Positions 41,374 to 55,451 of a DNA stretch of 64,000 bases are shown piece after piece. The notes below the pieces were generated by a model. The model saw nothing but the letters and a program-made list of their open reading frames with translations. It ran no database searches and was not told where the DNA came from. Origin of the DNA: the human T2T-CHM13v2.0 reference genome, Homo sapiens; assembly GCF_009914755.1 (NCBI RefSeq), contig NC_060941.1. The stretch is one strand, 5' to 3'. Numbering within the stretch: the stretch's first letter is position 1; the number at the start of each line of letters is the position of its first letter. The position numbers were made by a program, and so were the translations under genes.

Positions 41374-42086
41374 TGATATTTTTGAAAGGTTTTTCCAGTT
41401 GCTGTATGGATTGATATTTTTATAAGTTTTTCACAGTTGCATTCTAAAGATGGCCGATATGGAATCAAGGAGCTTTTTTTCGCAGGTCAGTTGAAAGTGA
41501 TAGTGGCTTAGACAGGGTGAAGTCGGTGCATTGGGGATACATTTTAGCAAAAGGTTACAGGGGCTATAGGACCTGTTGATTTGTCATATGCAAGGGAAAT
41601 GGATTTTCAAGGACGACTACTACATGTTAAAAGCAAGTTAGGATAATTTCCAGAGATTCGGCAGTGCCCTTTACTAAGACAGGAAAGAATGGGAGAACAG
41701 GCTTTGGGAGAACATTAAAGTAACCTAGTATTTCCCTGAGAGCATGGATCAGGAAACTTGGTGGAGCCTGGGCATCCTCAGAAGTACTGACACACTCCTC
41801 CTGCTGGGTCATTTAGCACTGACACCCAGACCCAGAGCACAGAAATTCCCAAATGGGAGGAGGCATGATGCTGTAGGAACGCAAGCATGGTGATGAGGTT
41901 GGTGGGGCTTTGAGCACACCAGCTGTATGATCTCGATGGATATCTGCTGCATCTGGCCTCAGCGAAGTCAGTCTCTGGTGCTGTAGGGATAAGCACACCA
42001 ACCTCATAGATCTGTCTTGAGGATTCAACCGGGTCACACTTGTGAAATGGTTGCAAGTCCTGGCACACGCTGCGCAGTTCGAATAA

Positions 42087-42425
<339 letters not shown>

Positions 42426-42888
42426 GGTGTTATTGTTAATATCCTCAATACTGAGGGGATATCAGCTCGAATGACTCCAACAAAACCTTCAGAGATACCC
42501 AAAGGCTCCCATACAGTCTTCACTCTTCCATACATTTCTCCAGCCTAGTAACCAACTGGCTCTCACTTCAGCCTTGTTTTTGTTTTTAAGTTAAACCAGA
42601 GGCTCTAGACATGTCCCTAAGGCTCTGAGCAGTGTGAGGGTTGGGTCCTGTCCACCCCAGGCCTTTGGCAGGATAAGGGGCAGGGAGAAGGTAGCAGCTG
42701 TGGACCCAAGAAGACAGTGGCATGAGCAGGTTGCTCCCCGCGTGCGAGGCTGCTCCTTTTTGCTGATTTAACAGACAGAATCCCACTGCCAGTCTTGCAA
42801 AGTTTGTTCCCAAATGAGACAATATATATTTTTTTCATAGCTTTATTTTTCTACTGTTGATAACAGATGAAACTAAGAAAGTCAAATA

Positions 42889-43484
42889 CAGTATTCCTCC
42901 CTATCTGAGGGGCTATGTACGTTCCAAGACCCCCAAGACTGAATGCCTGAAACCAAGGATGGTACCAAACCTTATATATACCCTGCACAAATCTCTCTTT
43001 GCTTCTTCATAATTTCACCACTAAAAGATTGGTTCTTACAATAGACATTAGCAACCTCAGCCTATAAGTCTTTTTTCTTTCTGTATTAAGTTGAGAACTT
43101 TTGTGTTTTCACTTTAAGGAAGCACTTTACAGCTTCTCTTTGGCATATCTGACTTGCCAGTATCGCTACTCTGTGCTTTGGAACCATTAAGAAGCAAAAT
43201 AAAGGTTTTTCAAGCCCGCACACTAGGATAGCGCGGCAGTCGATCTGATAACCAAGACAGCTACTAAAGTGACTAATAGGCAGGTATCCGGTACAGTGTG
43301 AAAATACTGGACAAAGAGATGATTCACGTCCCGGGTGGGTGGGAGATTTCATCAAGCTACTCAGAATAGGTGAGCAAATTAAAACTTATGAGTTGTTTAC
43401 TTCTGGAAATTTCTATTTAATATTTTCAGACTGCAAGTAATTGAAACCGCAGAAAGCAAAACGGCAGATAATAGGGGACTACCA
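42889..43484. mobile_element. MER44-family (TcMar-Tigger) non-autonomous DNA transposon, TA TSD
   Basis: TA|cagtattcctccctatct...gttccaagaccccca and ...gataataggggactacca|TA termini; internal gtcgatctgataaccaag. Confidence 0.85.
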
Positions 43485-43534
43485 TATCAGTCTTCTCTTG
43501 GAGTACCATAGTCACAATTGTACCATCCAAACTA

Positions 43535-45500
43535 ATGAGTATTCATTCATTCTACTAATGTTTATTGAGCACCTACTAAGTCTCAGGCCCATGATGGATT
43601 CTGAGGATACAGCTGTGAATAAGACTCTGAATTCCCTGCTCTTGGCAACTTACAGTCAGTGGGGGAGACAGACAGTAAATAACAAACATGCCCACATTCC
43701 AGTATTTAATCCAAATTAATACAAATTATTGTAAGCTCTATAAAGGAAATAAAGGTGACACAATAAATGATGGGAAGGTGATGTTGGAAGTAAAGAAGTG
43801 GATGCAATAAATGAGTCATAAAGGATTTTGTAAATGATAAAGGATGACAGGGACAGTCCTAGCAAGCCATTTTGAGGAGGTGACGTTTGAGCTGAGACCT
43901 AAAAGATTAAAAGGAAGTCATGGGGCCGGGTGCGGTGGCTCATGCCTGTAATCCCAGCACTTTGGGAGGCTGAGGCAGGCAGGTCATGAGGTCAGGAGAT
44001 TAAGACCATCCTGGCTAACACAGTGAAACCCCGTCTCTACTAAAAATACAAAAAATTAGCTGGGCGTGGTGGCGGGCGCCTGTGGTCCCAGCTACTCAGG
44101 AGGCTGAGGCAGGAGAATCGCTTGAACCCGGGAGGTGGAGGTTGCAAGTGAGCTGAGATCACGCCACTGCACTCCAGCCTGGGTGATGGAGCGAGACTCC
44201 ATCTCAAAAAAAAAAAAAAAAAAGTCAGGGGAGAACATTCCAGGCAATGGGAATAGCAAGTGCAAGGGCGCTGATAAGCCAGAGAGCTTGGTTTGCTCTA
44301 GGAACTGTCAGAAGACCAGTGTGACTCCTGCGTAGTGGAAGAAGGGGGTGTGAGGGAAGGTTCTAGAGAGGAGGCCAGGGCATGCAGAATTATACATGCT
44401 GCAGGAAGGGACAATAGGAAGCCCTGATGGAGTGGACACTTGGGAATGACATGGTCATCTTTACATGTTTGAAAGATCTTTCTGGCTGCTGTTTGGAGAA
44501 TGGGCTGAGGGGCACAGGAGTGACTTAAAGGAGACTAGTTAAGATTATAAGAGTAGTCCAAGGAAGAAAGAAGATAGGGGCTTAGAGTAGGTGGTGGAAA
44601 GGAGCGTGCAGAGAATGGGAAGGCTACCAAATAGATTTCAAGGCAAAACCAGTGGGGCTTGATTTGTGTATGGATTGGGTGTGGGGATTGTATGGATTAG
44701 AAAGGGAGTAACTGAGATGGATCCCAGGTGTTTGACTATAGTGGTGCCATTTAATGGAATAGAAAAGAGTCCTCAGTAGCCAGTGCTGGATGCTGGAAAT
44801 GAAGACTTGTGTTTTGGACATGTTACGTAGGAGACATTGCTTACCTATAGAGCCCAGGAGCAGCCTGGGCTGAAATATAAATGTGAGTATCTTCCTCTAG
44901 GGAGTATTGGAAGTGATGGGGGGATGTCTCCTAGGAACAGAATATTGAGCTAGGGGAGAAGGGGCCCTAGGACTAAGTACTGAGGGACTCGAAAACTTGA
45001 GGTCATTTGCATAGCAGGAGCGTGGGAAGAGCCCCAGGTAGGAGCTGATCAGAAAGGGAGTAGAAGGAAATCCAGGAGGTTGTGGTGTCCCAGAAGCTAG
45101 AGAAGAGAGTGCATCAAGAAAGGGGAAATAACTTACCATGTGTAAAGCCATGGAGGGGCTAAATGATTAGAGAACGGAGGATACCACTGGGCTTGTAACA
45201 CGGAAGTCAACCGCAACCTCAGAAAGAGCAGTCCCACTGGGGCTTCAGGGACTCGAGAGGCCAATTTGGATGAAGCAAAGAGGTGGATGAGGAGAAGTAG
45301 AACTGTGCTGATGACATTTTGGGAAGTTTTGCTTGGAAAAGGAGTAAAGAAATGGTGCTGGGGGCATATGGAATCAAGAACGTACCTCTTATAGATGGAA
45401 GACACCAGATCATGCGTGTTTGCCATAGAGCTCTATCTAGTGGAGAGTAAGAGTTTGGAGATGGAGAGAGGGCATGCAGAGGAGTGAAATCCAAGAGAAG
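43535..45500 (-). mobile_element. Long L2 fragment, interrupted by an Alu
   Basis: tcattcattc...tttattgagcacctacta...gatacagctgtgaataagac...tctggctgctgtttggagaatgg. Confidence 0.75.
43924..44223 (+). mobile_element. AluSc8/Y-like
   Basis: gaccatcctggctaacacagtgaaaccccg; TSD approximately aagtcatgg/aagtcaggg. Confidence 0.93.
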
Positions 45501-45505
45501 TTGAG

Positions 45506-45960
45506 TGTATTAATTAGTATATAGGTTTGGCTGTATGTAAGGGAGACCTCGAGTAGCAGTGGTTAAATAAGAAAGGTTATTTCCTCTGCAATGAATAGCC
45601 CAAGATAATTGTTCTAGAACTGGAATGATCATTCTACTACACGAGGTTGTTCACGAAGTTGGCCCCTTCATACAGCTTGTTCCTCCATCTCTAGGGTCCT
45701 TGTCTAGGGGGTCCAGGACAATATAACCCTGCATCCACACTCCAAGCATCAGGATGGAAGCGAGGGCAACAAAGGAGCAAGCTGTCCTTCTGAGGCTGTG
45801 CCCCAGAGGTTACTCACATCCCTTTCTTTCAAGTCATATTAACCAGAATCTGGCCACATGGTCGTGCTGAGCTACAAAGGAGACTGGGCAATACAGCCTT
45901 CGTTCTTAGTATCTATGTGCTTAGCTGGAAATCAGTTTTTCTTACCGTAGAAGAAGGGAG
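45506..45960 (-). mobile_element. LTR33-like ERVL LTR
   Basis: tgtattaattag...aggtttggctgta...gccacatggtcgtgctgagctacaaaggagactggg. Confidence 0.6.
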
Positions 45961-46264
45961 GGGAAGCTGCTAGGACCCTGTCCCATCCAAGTGTAGCAGT
46001 ATCTTGTGGTTTCTGTCATGGTCAAATAGGAACGGAATCCCTAAATGAAGTGGGGAGATATTGCCCTTCAGCGAAAGAAGGAGCAATTAATTCCTTGGTG
46101 TTAGCAGGAGGAAAGAGAAAATGGATGGCGGAGCTGGAGGGTTTGTTTATCTGGTGGTTGGAGGACGAGAAAGTTCCCATCTGATGCCTTCTGTTTTCTG
46201 AATGATACTTGAGGTGAGGTTATTAGAGGTTGAGGATGGAAAGCCAAAGAGTTGAAAAGATCAT

Positions 46265-46500
46265 CATAATTGTTTCTAGTTATGGTGTGCTTATGTTATG
46301 CCAATCTCTGCTCTAAAACCTTTACATCTATGAATTAATTTATGTAATATTTTGAAGAACAGATGAGGAAGCTGAAGCCAAGAAAGTTAGTTCCTTGATA
46401 AAGATCCCACAGCTAGTAAGTGGTAGAGCTTGGACTTGAACCTGAGCGTCTTCATTCCAGCATCTATGTACTTTACTTCTGTGCCTACTGCCTCTAGCCT
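46265..46500 (-). mobile_element. MIR SINE
   Basis: acagatgaggaagctgaagcc...cacagctagtaagtggtagagct. Confidence 0.8.
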
Positions 46501-47218
46501 GGAACCAGAAATATGAGATCAACCACTTCAAGAGTGGGACACACAATAAGAGAGGCTGCCTGGCCAGACTGAGTGCCCAGTGGAGATTTGTGCTCGTGAG
46601 TTTAATGTGAAACCAATAAGCTCACTCATACAGTTCTGGGAAGGTTCAGCTGCTGAGTGCAAGTGAGGAGAAGATGGTAGTTTAGGGTGTTCCAGGTGAG
46701 TATACCAAAGAGAAACACAGCTAGAGCCTGGAGCCTGTTGGACATGCAGATATTATCATGATAGACTACTGAACTCAGGCTGGGCCAGCAGGCAACAGGT
46801 GATGACAAGGAGGGTGTGATGGCCAGTGAGAAAGCAGTGGGGTCAGTGCCATGGCAGCTGGGGAATGTGCTAGGCAGTGTTGCAGTGGGGTGTTTGCCAT
46901 GATGATTCTGAAAGCAGTACAGATTCTGGTAACGTAAGACCCAACATAGGAGTCTGGAGTGGATGGCTGAGGGAAGGCACAGTGAGAACCAAGAACACTA
47001 ACAAATGACTCCCAGTGGCCAAACCATGTTCCAAGTTCACTGTCAGCAGCTAGCTCAAGGAGGCAGACCTCATCGCTGGGTTAAAGGGAGAGTGAGGAGC
47101 CTAGCTTTTGCAGCTACTCAAGGTGGCTCTCTGAGGGTGGACTGATGTTAGAGGTAGATTTGTTCAGGGATGGTAGAAAATCAGAGTCAGCTGCTGAATG
47201 TGCTTTGGGTCTAGTCTA

Positions 47219-47272
47219 TTAGGTTGATGCAAAAGTAACTGCAGTTTTTGCCACTAAAAGTCATGGCGAAAA
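47219..47272. mobile_element. MADE1 (Hsmar1 MITE), second TIR truncated
   Basis: ta|ttaggttgatgcaaaagtaactgcagtttttgccactaaaagtcatggcgaaaa. Confidence 0.85.
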
Positions 47273-47651
47273 TACATCCCCTTTCCTTCCATGACCAAGA
47301 ATGGTTGAATCTTCTGTAGCTCCCATGTCCCTTTCACAAATAAAAGAGCTACTCTTCAGTAATAAAGCATTAGGATGGACCACATTTCTTCATTGTGTCA
47401 TTGTGACCTCTAGTACATTCTATTCTCTGTCTGGATTTTAATGTTCTCCCCCATAAAATAAAGCAGTTGGATCGGAATAATCATAGCTAATATTTATTGA
47501 GAATTACTGGGTGCCAGATGCTATTCTAAGTGATTTACATACATTATATTACATTTAATTGTCCTGAAAGCTCCATCAGAGGTAGATATTACTATTTCTG
47601 GTGTTTTTTTTTTCAATGCAGGAACTGAGACACAGAGAATAAGTAACATGC

Positions 47652-48731
<1,080 letters not shown>

Positions 48732-50083
48732 TCAGGCACGATGAAGCCTGTGGGCCATTTTCAGTTTTGATCTCTAAGTTTTCATCTGGGTGTCACATCC
48801 AAGACACCCGTGGCACCAGTGAGCTTTTAGAGAGTGAGTTGTGGCAAGCCTGTGTGCCCTTCTTGGGAGAGAATTCCCTTTTTGCCAGTTTAGGACTTTT
48901 TTTTCTTTTTCTTTTTTTTTTTTTTTGTAATTCAGTGACTGTGGGTTTAAATATTACCCCTTCATAAGAGATGGCTCTAGGAAAAACAGGCTTCTTATTT
49001 CAATTCCCCGGCATACTGGCCAGGAACCTGGCTCTTTGTGAAATGCTAGTTGATAATTTCAGTTTGGGTGGTAGGGAAGGGAGGTGGAGCACATGGGGGA
49101 ACACAGCCCCACCCTCCCGCCCCATCTGCTTGTGCTTCAAGAACATACTGTAATTGTTCAGCCCTGTATGGGGTGGGGGGAGAGAAAATCACAACATGTT
49201 CACACAGAAGAGAAAACAAACAGCCTTTAATACCAGTCAAGGGAAACACGTTTAAAGAGTTTTTTTGCAAGGCCTGAAGCAAAAGAACTTCTCCAGTACA
49301 GCTGCGTGGAGTCCCGTGCTCAGCTTCACTGTGGGCCTTCCACGTCTAGCTGTCAGAGCCTCTCTGCCTGTGCTGAGCCCGGTAGCAGACCCCTTTAATG
49401 CAGCTGGAACCCTCACTAGTTTTCTTCCTCCCTAACAGCCTATGATGTAGTGGTGGGTACTGGGGTGGGGAGCATTGGACCCTCAAGTTGAAGTTGCACT
49501 GTTTATCTCCTGGGTGCGTTGCAGCCCCCAGGACCATTAATTACACATTCTCCAGGCATCAAATTCCCCAGGTGGGTAAATAATTCCATTGCAATAAGGG
49601 GATGGTACATTGACCTTTATTTGTCTTTCTAATTTTCCACTTCTTTGGGGGCTCCGGGCTTTGCTAGGGCCTAATGAGCTCTAGTCCAAATGATTGCAGC
49701 ACTTTGGGTCAGTATCTTCCTAAATTCACTCCTTTGCAAAGGTGCTGACCAGAGAACTGTGATAAAGGCTTTCCCCACTCTGGTCACACCGTGCATGAAT
49801 GAGTCTTTCTCTTCCAGGCGTCCTTCAGTCAACCTCCTTGCCGTTCCCCTCCTTCCTGCCTCCTCCAGCCAGAGGCAGCTTCCAGAAAACTTCCCACTCT
49901 TACTGCATTTCCTATGAACGTTCCTGCAATCTAGGTGTGTCCTTGTGGATCCCCAAGTCAATGTCATGCCGGTAGAAAGGATGGGAATGCAGGTGTGACT
50001 CCTTCAAGGAGAGATTTCTCATAAGGGGAAACTGCCAGCTGTAGGGGTCCTCTCCCTTTGCATGGTTTTGGCTTTAGGAGCCT

Positions 50084-50438
50084 TGTATTCGTCCGTTTTC
50101 ATACTGCTGATAAAGACATACCAGAGACTGGGAAGAGAAAGAGGTTCAGTTGGACTTACAGTTCCACATGGCTGGGAAGGCCTCAGAATCATGGTGGGAG
50201 GCAAAAGGCACTTCTTACATGGCGGCGGCAAGAGAAAATGAGGAAAAAGCAAAAACGGAAACCCCTGATAAACCCACCAGATCTTGTGAGACTTATTCAC
50301 TATTATGAGAATAGCACAGGAAAGACCGGCCCCCATGATTCAGTTACCTCCCCTCCGGGCCCCTCCCACAACACATGGGAATTCTTGGAGACACAATTCA
50401 AATTGAGATTTGGGTGGGGGCACAGCCAAACCATATCA
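50084..50438 (-). mobile_element. THE1A solo LTR, complete (355 bp), 5-bp TSD AGCCT/GGCCT
   Basis: tgtattcgtccgttttcatactgctgataaagacatacc...gagatttgggtggggg cacagccaaaccatatca. Confidence 0.92.
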
Positions 50439-51319
50439 GGCCTAGAGCTTAACTTTAGGCCTCTGTTGGAGTTTTCTGAAAGAATTCAAATTTTGTCAGG
50501 CTCAGTTTCCTGACAGCAAAATTTGAGGAGTTGTAGAGAGTGAAATAGACCACAAAATGTTATGCTGGAAGGAACCTCCTAAGTTTGTCCAGTATAAAGT
50601 TCTTATTCTGCACATGAGGAATTTGCTCTTAGGTCCAGCAGCCAGAAAGTGGCTGACCTGTGTCCAGAATCCAGGTCCCAGGACATCCAGATCTTTTCTC
50701 AGCTCATTTTTTACGTGGTCACCTATGCATCTGCCTGTATTTTATTGCAATAAGGGGATGGTACATCTGGTACATGAACGTGCCAGAAACAGGCAAGCAT
50801 TTCCTTGCCAGGCCTAAGCTTTTGAAAAGCAAGAGAGAGAGGGAGAGAAGCAGATGTTGAGGAAATAGCCTGAGTGCATTGGTGGCCTCTGGAACATCTG
50901 GACCAGTCCAAGCCGTCTTTTGCTTCCAACATTGGAAGTCCTGCTTAGGTCCTAGCAGGAAGATGATTTGTGATCCAACCATTTCACATATAGGGCCAAG
51001 AGGGCAGACCCGAAGGGTTGCAGCTCTCAGCAACAGCCCTACCCAGGGACCGAGGTTGCTATAGAAACAATATGGGGGTGGGGGAAAAAGCAGAGAGTCA
51101 TCCAGGTGGAGAGGAGGGGGGCGTTTGAAATGAGAGGTTTCTAGATGAAACAGACTTCCTGCAGGTTCTGCTGGAGTTTCATTGAAGGCTGATGGCTTTG
51201 TCATTTCCCATCAAGCTGGGCTGTAGCATGGGGTGTGGAGGGCTCCTGGGAAAGAAAGACGTCTGACTGAGTAGTGTGATGACGCCCCCAACCCAGTGCA
51301 GTGCAGTGCAGTGAGCAGC

Positions 51320-51793
51320 CTATGTGCTTGTATGATTGTGTGATACATACACAATTGTGATTACCTGTGTGTGTGTACGTATCAGTGTGTGATTTTGTGT
51401 GTGATTACCAGTGTAGTTATGTTTGAGTGTGTGTGCTTGTGTGGTTTTGTGTGTGTGTGTGTGTAAGATTCAGTGTGATTGTGAGTATGGTTGTGTGATT
51501 GTGGTTGTGAGTATGTGTGTGGTTTTATGTGCAGTTGTATGGTTGTGTGTATAGTTGTGAATGTATGTGATTGGTTATGTGTGGTCGTGAGTATGGTTGT
51601 GTGTGGTGTTTTGTGCATGATTCTGAGTGTGGTTGTGTGTGTGATTGTGTCTGGTTGTGAGCATGTGTGTGTGGTTTTGTGTGCAGTTGTATGGCTGTAT
51701 GTGTGGTTGTGTGTGAATATATGTGATCACTTGTGTGTGACTGTGAGCATGGTTGAGTGTGTGATTGTGTGGTTGTGTGTATGTGAGAGTGTG
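51320..51793. repeat. Degenerate (TG)n-rich array with ~150-bp higher-order repeat, preceded by (CAGTG)4 at 51294-51313
   Basis: ggttgtgag(t/c)atgtgtgtggtttt(a/g)tgtgcagttgtatgg occurs at ~51503 and ~51653. Confidence 0.9.
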
Positions 51794-54489
51794 ATCTTCT
51801 CTGATGCTGCCATGAGGTGACGGGATTTTTTACCTGTAGGAGAGCCACACAGAAAAAGGCCACATGCAGAAGGCTGAGCCTGCGGAGCCATCTCCAGCAT
51901 ACAGAGGACAAGGGAGCCATCAGGCCTGGTGCTCTCAAGCCCCCAGTCCCAGTTGGCCATGCGTGTCACTCAAAGACCCTTCTCTGCCCTCAATACCTGC
52001 AGCACAAAAGGTCATAATAAAAGCTCGTTGTAAGGATGACTCCTCAGAGGAGTGTGCTGAGTTGGGGGTAAATGTGGGGATGGGGACATGCCATCCCTGC
52101 TTCTGTGTTTCCTCCAGTTGTGTTTCTAGGGTGGGCCTGAGGTGGGTACAGCAGTGGAAGGGCAGGTGCCCGAGAAGAGGCCATGTTTCCAGCGTGCCAA
52201 AAGCTGCAGGGCCTGACCGGCTCCATATCCAGGAGCAGATGTGAGGATCCCCAGGCCTCACTGTTTCTGCACAGACGAATGGAGCAGAAGGCCATATCAG
52301 GAAGGCCTTCTAGGATAGAAGCCCTTTCCTGGGAAGCTTTGGGTAGTTTGCACCTTTCCTGGTGAGCGATAGGGTCCCCAGTGGGTAACGAGGGCCTGAC
52401 TGGCCAAGAGGCCCCTTTGCTCTAGGGGAGCTGCCCTGCTCCAGTGAGAGGGGCCCTGGAGGGGTCAGTGCCTGGAGTTGGACGAAGGCACTGGGGAGGT
52501 GGCCGGGTGGCAGTGTGAAGTGGTGCGAACAGGAAGATGTGAGCTTCACGAGCAGAGGGAGGATGATCACACAGCATCTCACGTCCTAGGCTCAAGATCT
52601 ACCTTTTCCTCCTACAGCTTTGATCTCAACACCTGCAGTCAAAAGATGACGGCCCCTGCTTGAGCCTTGCTCTGTGAGGTGGGGAGGAATGATGCCTGGG
52701 ATGCCTGGTACTGGGATGCAATGGGGAGAAGCCAGCAGAGAGAAGCAAAGGGCGGGTGGGTGCTGGGAGGTAGGAGAAAGGGTATTTTGCCAGCAGCATT
52801 TTGAGCTGATTGGAGAGGAAGTGAGGAGTGGGCACAGGTTGGGGAGGCATCAGAAGACGAGATGAGTGGGGACCACAGCACCCTTTAGGGCTATGCTTCA
52901 GTGATGATGCCAAGGAAGGAGTGCCAGTGAGGTGTGGAGGAGAAGAGAGAAGATCCCAAAATAACTCTGGGAACTTTCCAGGGACACTTCAAGCCGGAGT
53001 GTAGGGAAACTCAGCCCTGAGACTTGCCAGAACTGTTCCCGGTAGGAGCTGGGGATGAGGGCTCGGTGCCAGGCAGGTCTCACTGCGCTTGGCCACTTGT
53101 AAGAGACCTCTTCCTGCTGGGCTTCTGGGTGGCTGGTTGGTCAAAGAGGACCAAAGAGAAGCAGAAGCAGTGCTGTGATAGTTCCTCAGACCGCATGTTT
53201 CGATGCACAGCTTTGTTGTTCCGATTTTTATGTGGTTCAAAGAGTCCTTCCACAGTTACAAGACTAGATGTCACATTGACCTGTGGTGTTGGGGCTTTTG
53301 AGGCACTTCTTCATGCGTCACATCTCATCCCTGGTGAAGCATAGCACCTGCTGGTGGTGTACCCTTGGGCGAGTTCTGGAACAACTTTTGTGCCTCCTTT
53401 TCCTCTTACAAAAAGCAGGGCTCCTAAGATCAACTCATTAGGGGTATACTGTTTACACTGAATAAGCAAGCATTCATGAAGCACCTAGGACATTGTCAGC
53501 ATTCCATAAAACTAGCTACTTCATGGATCTTTGTACAACCCTTTTAACCATGAAGTCATCTTTATAGTCAACAAGTAAGAAAACCAAGATTCAATGAATT
53601 TAAATAAATTTCTGAGATCAATAAGCAATGCACAGGAAGAGGGGGAGCAAAGCTAATGGAAACAAATTGCAACGTGTCCTGGAGAGCCCCTGAAATGGCG
53701 GGAGAAGGGCCCGAGTTCAGGTTGCATTGTCTGTGTCGCCTCACAGACTGCTGCACAGCAGGCTGGATTGACTGATGAAGCCCGCTTGGGATGACACACT
53801 CAACTGCTGTGACAGAGATTCAAACATGCATCAAGAAATCGGAAGTTTCTCTCTTTTGTAACAGTCTTTGAGTTTGGTGTTGCGGGTGGCTCTGCCATTC
53901 CCTAGGCCCAGAACCCGGAACATTTTCTTTGTGGTCCAAGCTGGACCACAACAGTCTGTGCTCAGCCCTCAGGGCATGACAGAGAGTGGAGGAGACAGGC
54001 CCACCCTGCCCCGAGCCTCCACCTGCGTGTAGCACCATCACGTCTGCTTATGTCTCGGAGCGGAGGCCAACAGCTAGGGAGGCTGGGAGATGGGGTGGAC
54101 TGTCCAGCTGATGGCCAGGCTCTGATTTTATTACCACAGAGAAAGGGAGAAGGCATTATTTGTGGGCAGTTAGTGGTCTTCACTGTCATAGTCAGCGCCT
54201 CTGAACACCAGATGCCTGTGCGTACCCTTCTTCTTACAAACAGGACATCTGCCACCGTGCCCCAAAGCAAACAACCCCACCAAACCTCATCAGCTATGAA
54301 GACCTGAAAAAATAGCTCATTTTACTGAATGCTGACAGTGTACTAAGTGTTTTATAAATTGTTGCTTATTCACTGCAAACCATATACCACTAATTAGGTT
54401 GATCTTACCTAGGTCTGAGTTCAGGATCCCTGGATCTTAAGCAATTCTCCTCTCATGAGGTCTGGATTCCCGATCCAGAGGTTGAAAAA

Positions 54490-55300
54490 GGAAAGTAAGT
54501 GATCTCAGCCTTCCCCCACCACAAGCCTTCATCCATCTCCCCAAGACCTCCCCATACAGGATGCAATGGTGGAGCAGAGCCGAACAATTCACAAGAACAG
54601 TTTCCATTGAGAAAAGAGAAGGAGGGCCACAGAGCTGGGCCACAGCAATGATGGGCTTCTGCTGGGTAGAAATTGCCTTGAGAGTGGAGGAGGTTTCTGA
54701 TTGAGACCCTGGTTCCGCTCTCTGGGAAGCATGCCCTTGTTTATGGCCATGATATACTGTGTCCACTGTATTCATCCTTGGGGTCTTCGTTTGTGTCCTC
54801 TGGGACTGCACCTGAGTGGGCATTGGTGAGCCCGCCCTTTGGAGTCTGAAAACTTCGTTACTTGCTTATTTTTTGAATGTGATAAGGGCTGTGGTGGCTT
54901 TAGGCACAGAACAGTCACAGGTTTTTTCAGGCCCAGTCCAGTCCTTCTTTGGCAATAAATTCCCACAGATGACTTAATAGGCTTCTGGTCTACTTGCTTC
55001 CTGTCAGTTCCATGTTCCAGCAACTGCACTTAGTATTCTTTCCTAGACATCGCTCTTAAATCTGCTTTATCCTTTGCTTCTTTGACCTATCCCCATCTCC
55101 TTTATTTCCATGGTGACTTGTCCCATCCAAAACCAGCCGTAGGAGTTGGTGGAAAGGGAAGGCAACATCCTTAAGTTGATCTTTGCCTAAAAGATGCCTC
55201 TGAAAGAAGGCTTTGAAGAAAGCAGTGTATCTCCTGATGTTCAGAATATGGAAGCAGATGGCATTTCAAGCCCTGTTTCTCGCAACCCCCCAGTGGAAAA
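54490..55300 (-). mobile_element. Possible ancient MaLR/ERVL internal sequence
   Basis: caatggtggagcagag...aacagtttccattgagaaaagagaa resembles MaLR-int; adjacent to an LTR-like segment. Recognised by eye only. Confidence 0.35.
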
Positions 55301-55358
55301 ATTTTATTTCTTCTATATCTCTTTGCAAAATAACCTTTAAGACAGTGCCATATATTTA

Positions 55359-55435
55359 TTTATTTATTTTTGTTTGTTTGTTTTCTTTTTTTTTTCTTTT
55401 TTTCTTTTTTTTTTATTATACTTTAAGTTTTAGGG
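55359..55435 (-). mobile_element. Ultra-truncated young L1PA insertion
   Basis: T-rich tail plus ttattatactttaagttttaggg (L1PA terminal ~23 nt); ATATATTTA on both sides. Confidence 0.7.
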
Positions 55436-55451
55436 ATATATTTAGTACTCT

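Noticed and set aside
47219-47272. MADE1 as a miR-548-type hairpin or SETMAR site
   Set aside because: Most of the second TIR is missing, so no long hairpin forms, and the remaining TIR has several substitutions.
51382-51969. His/Thr-rich and Cys/Val-rich ORFs resembling metal-binding proteins
   Set aside because: Artefacts of the TG/CA-rich repeat.
53340-53358. Reverse CTCF-like CCAGCAGGTGCT
   Set aside because: Lacks the GGC of the core and is far weaker than the 12895 site.
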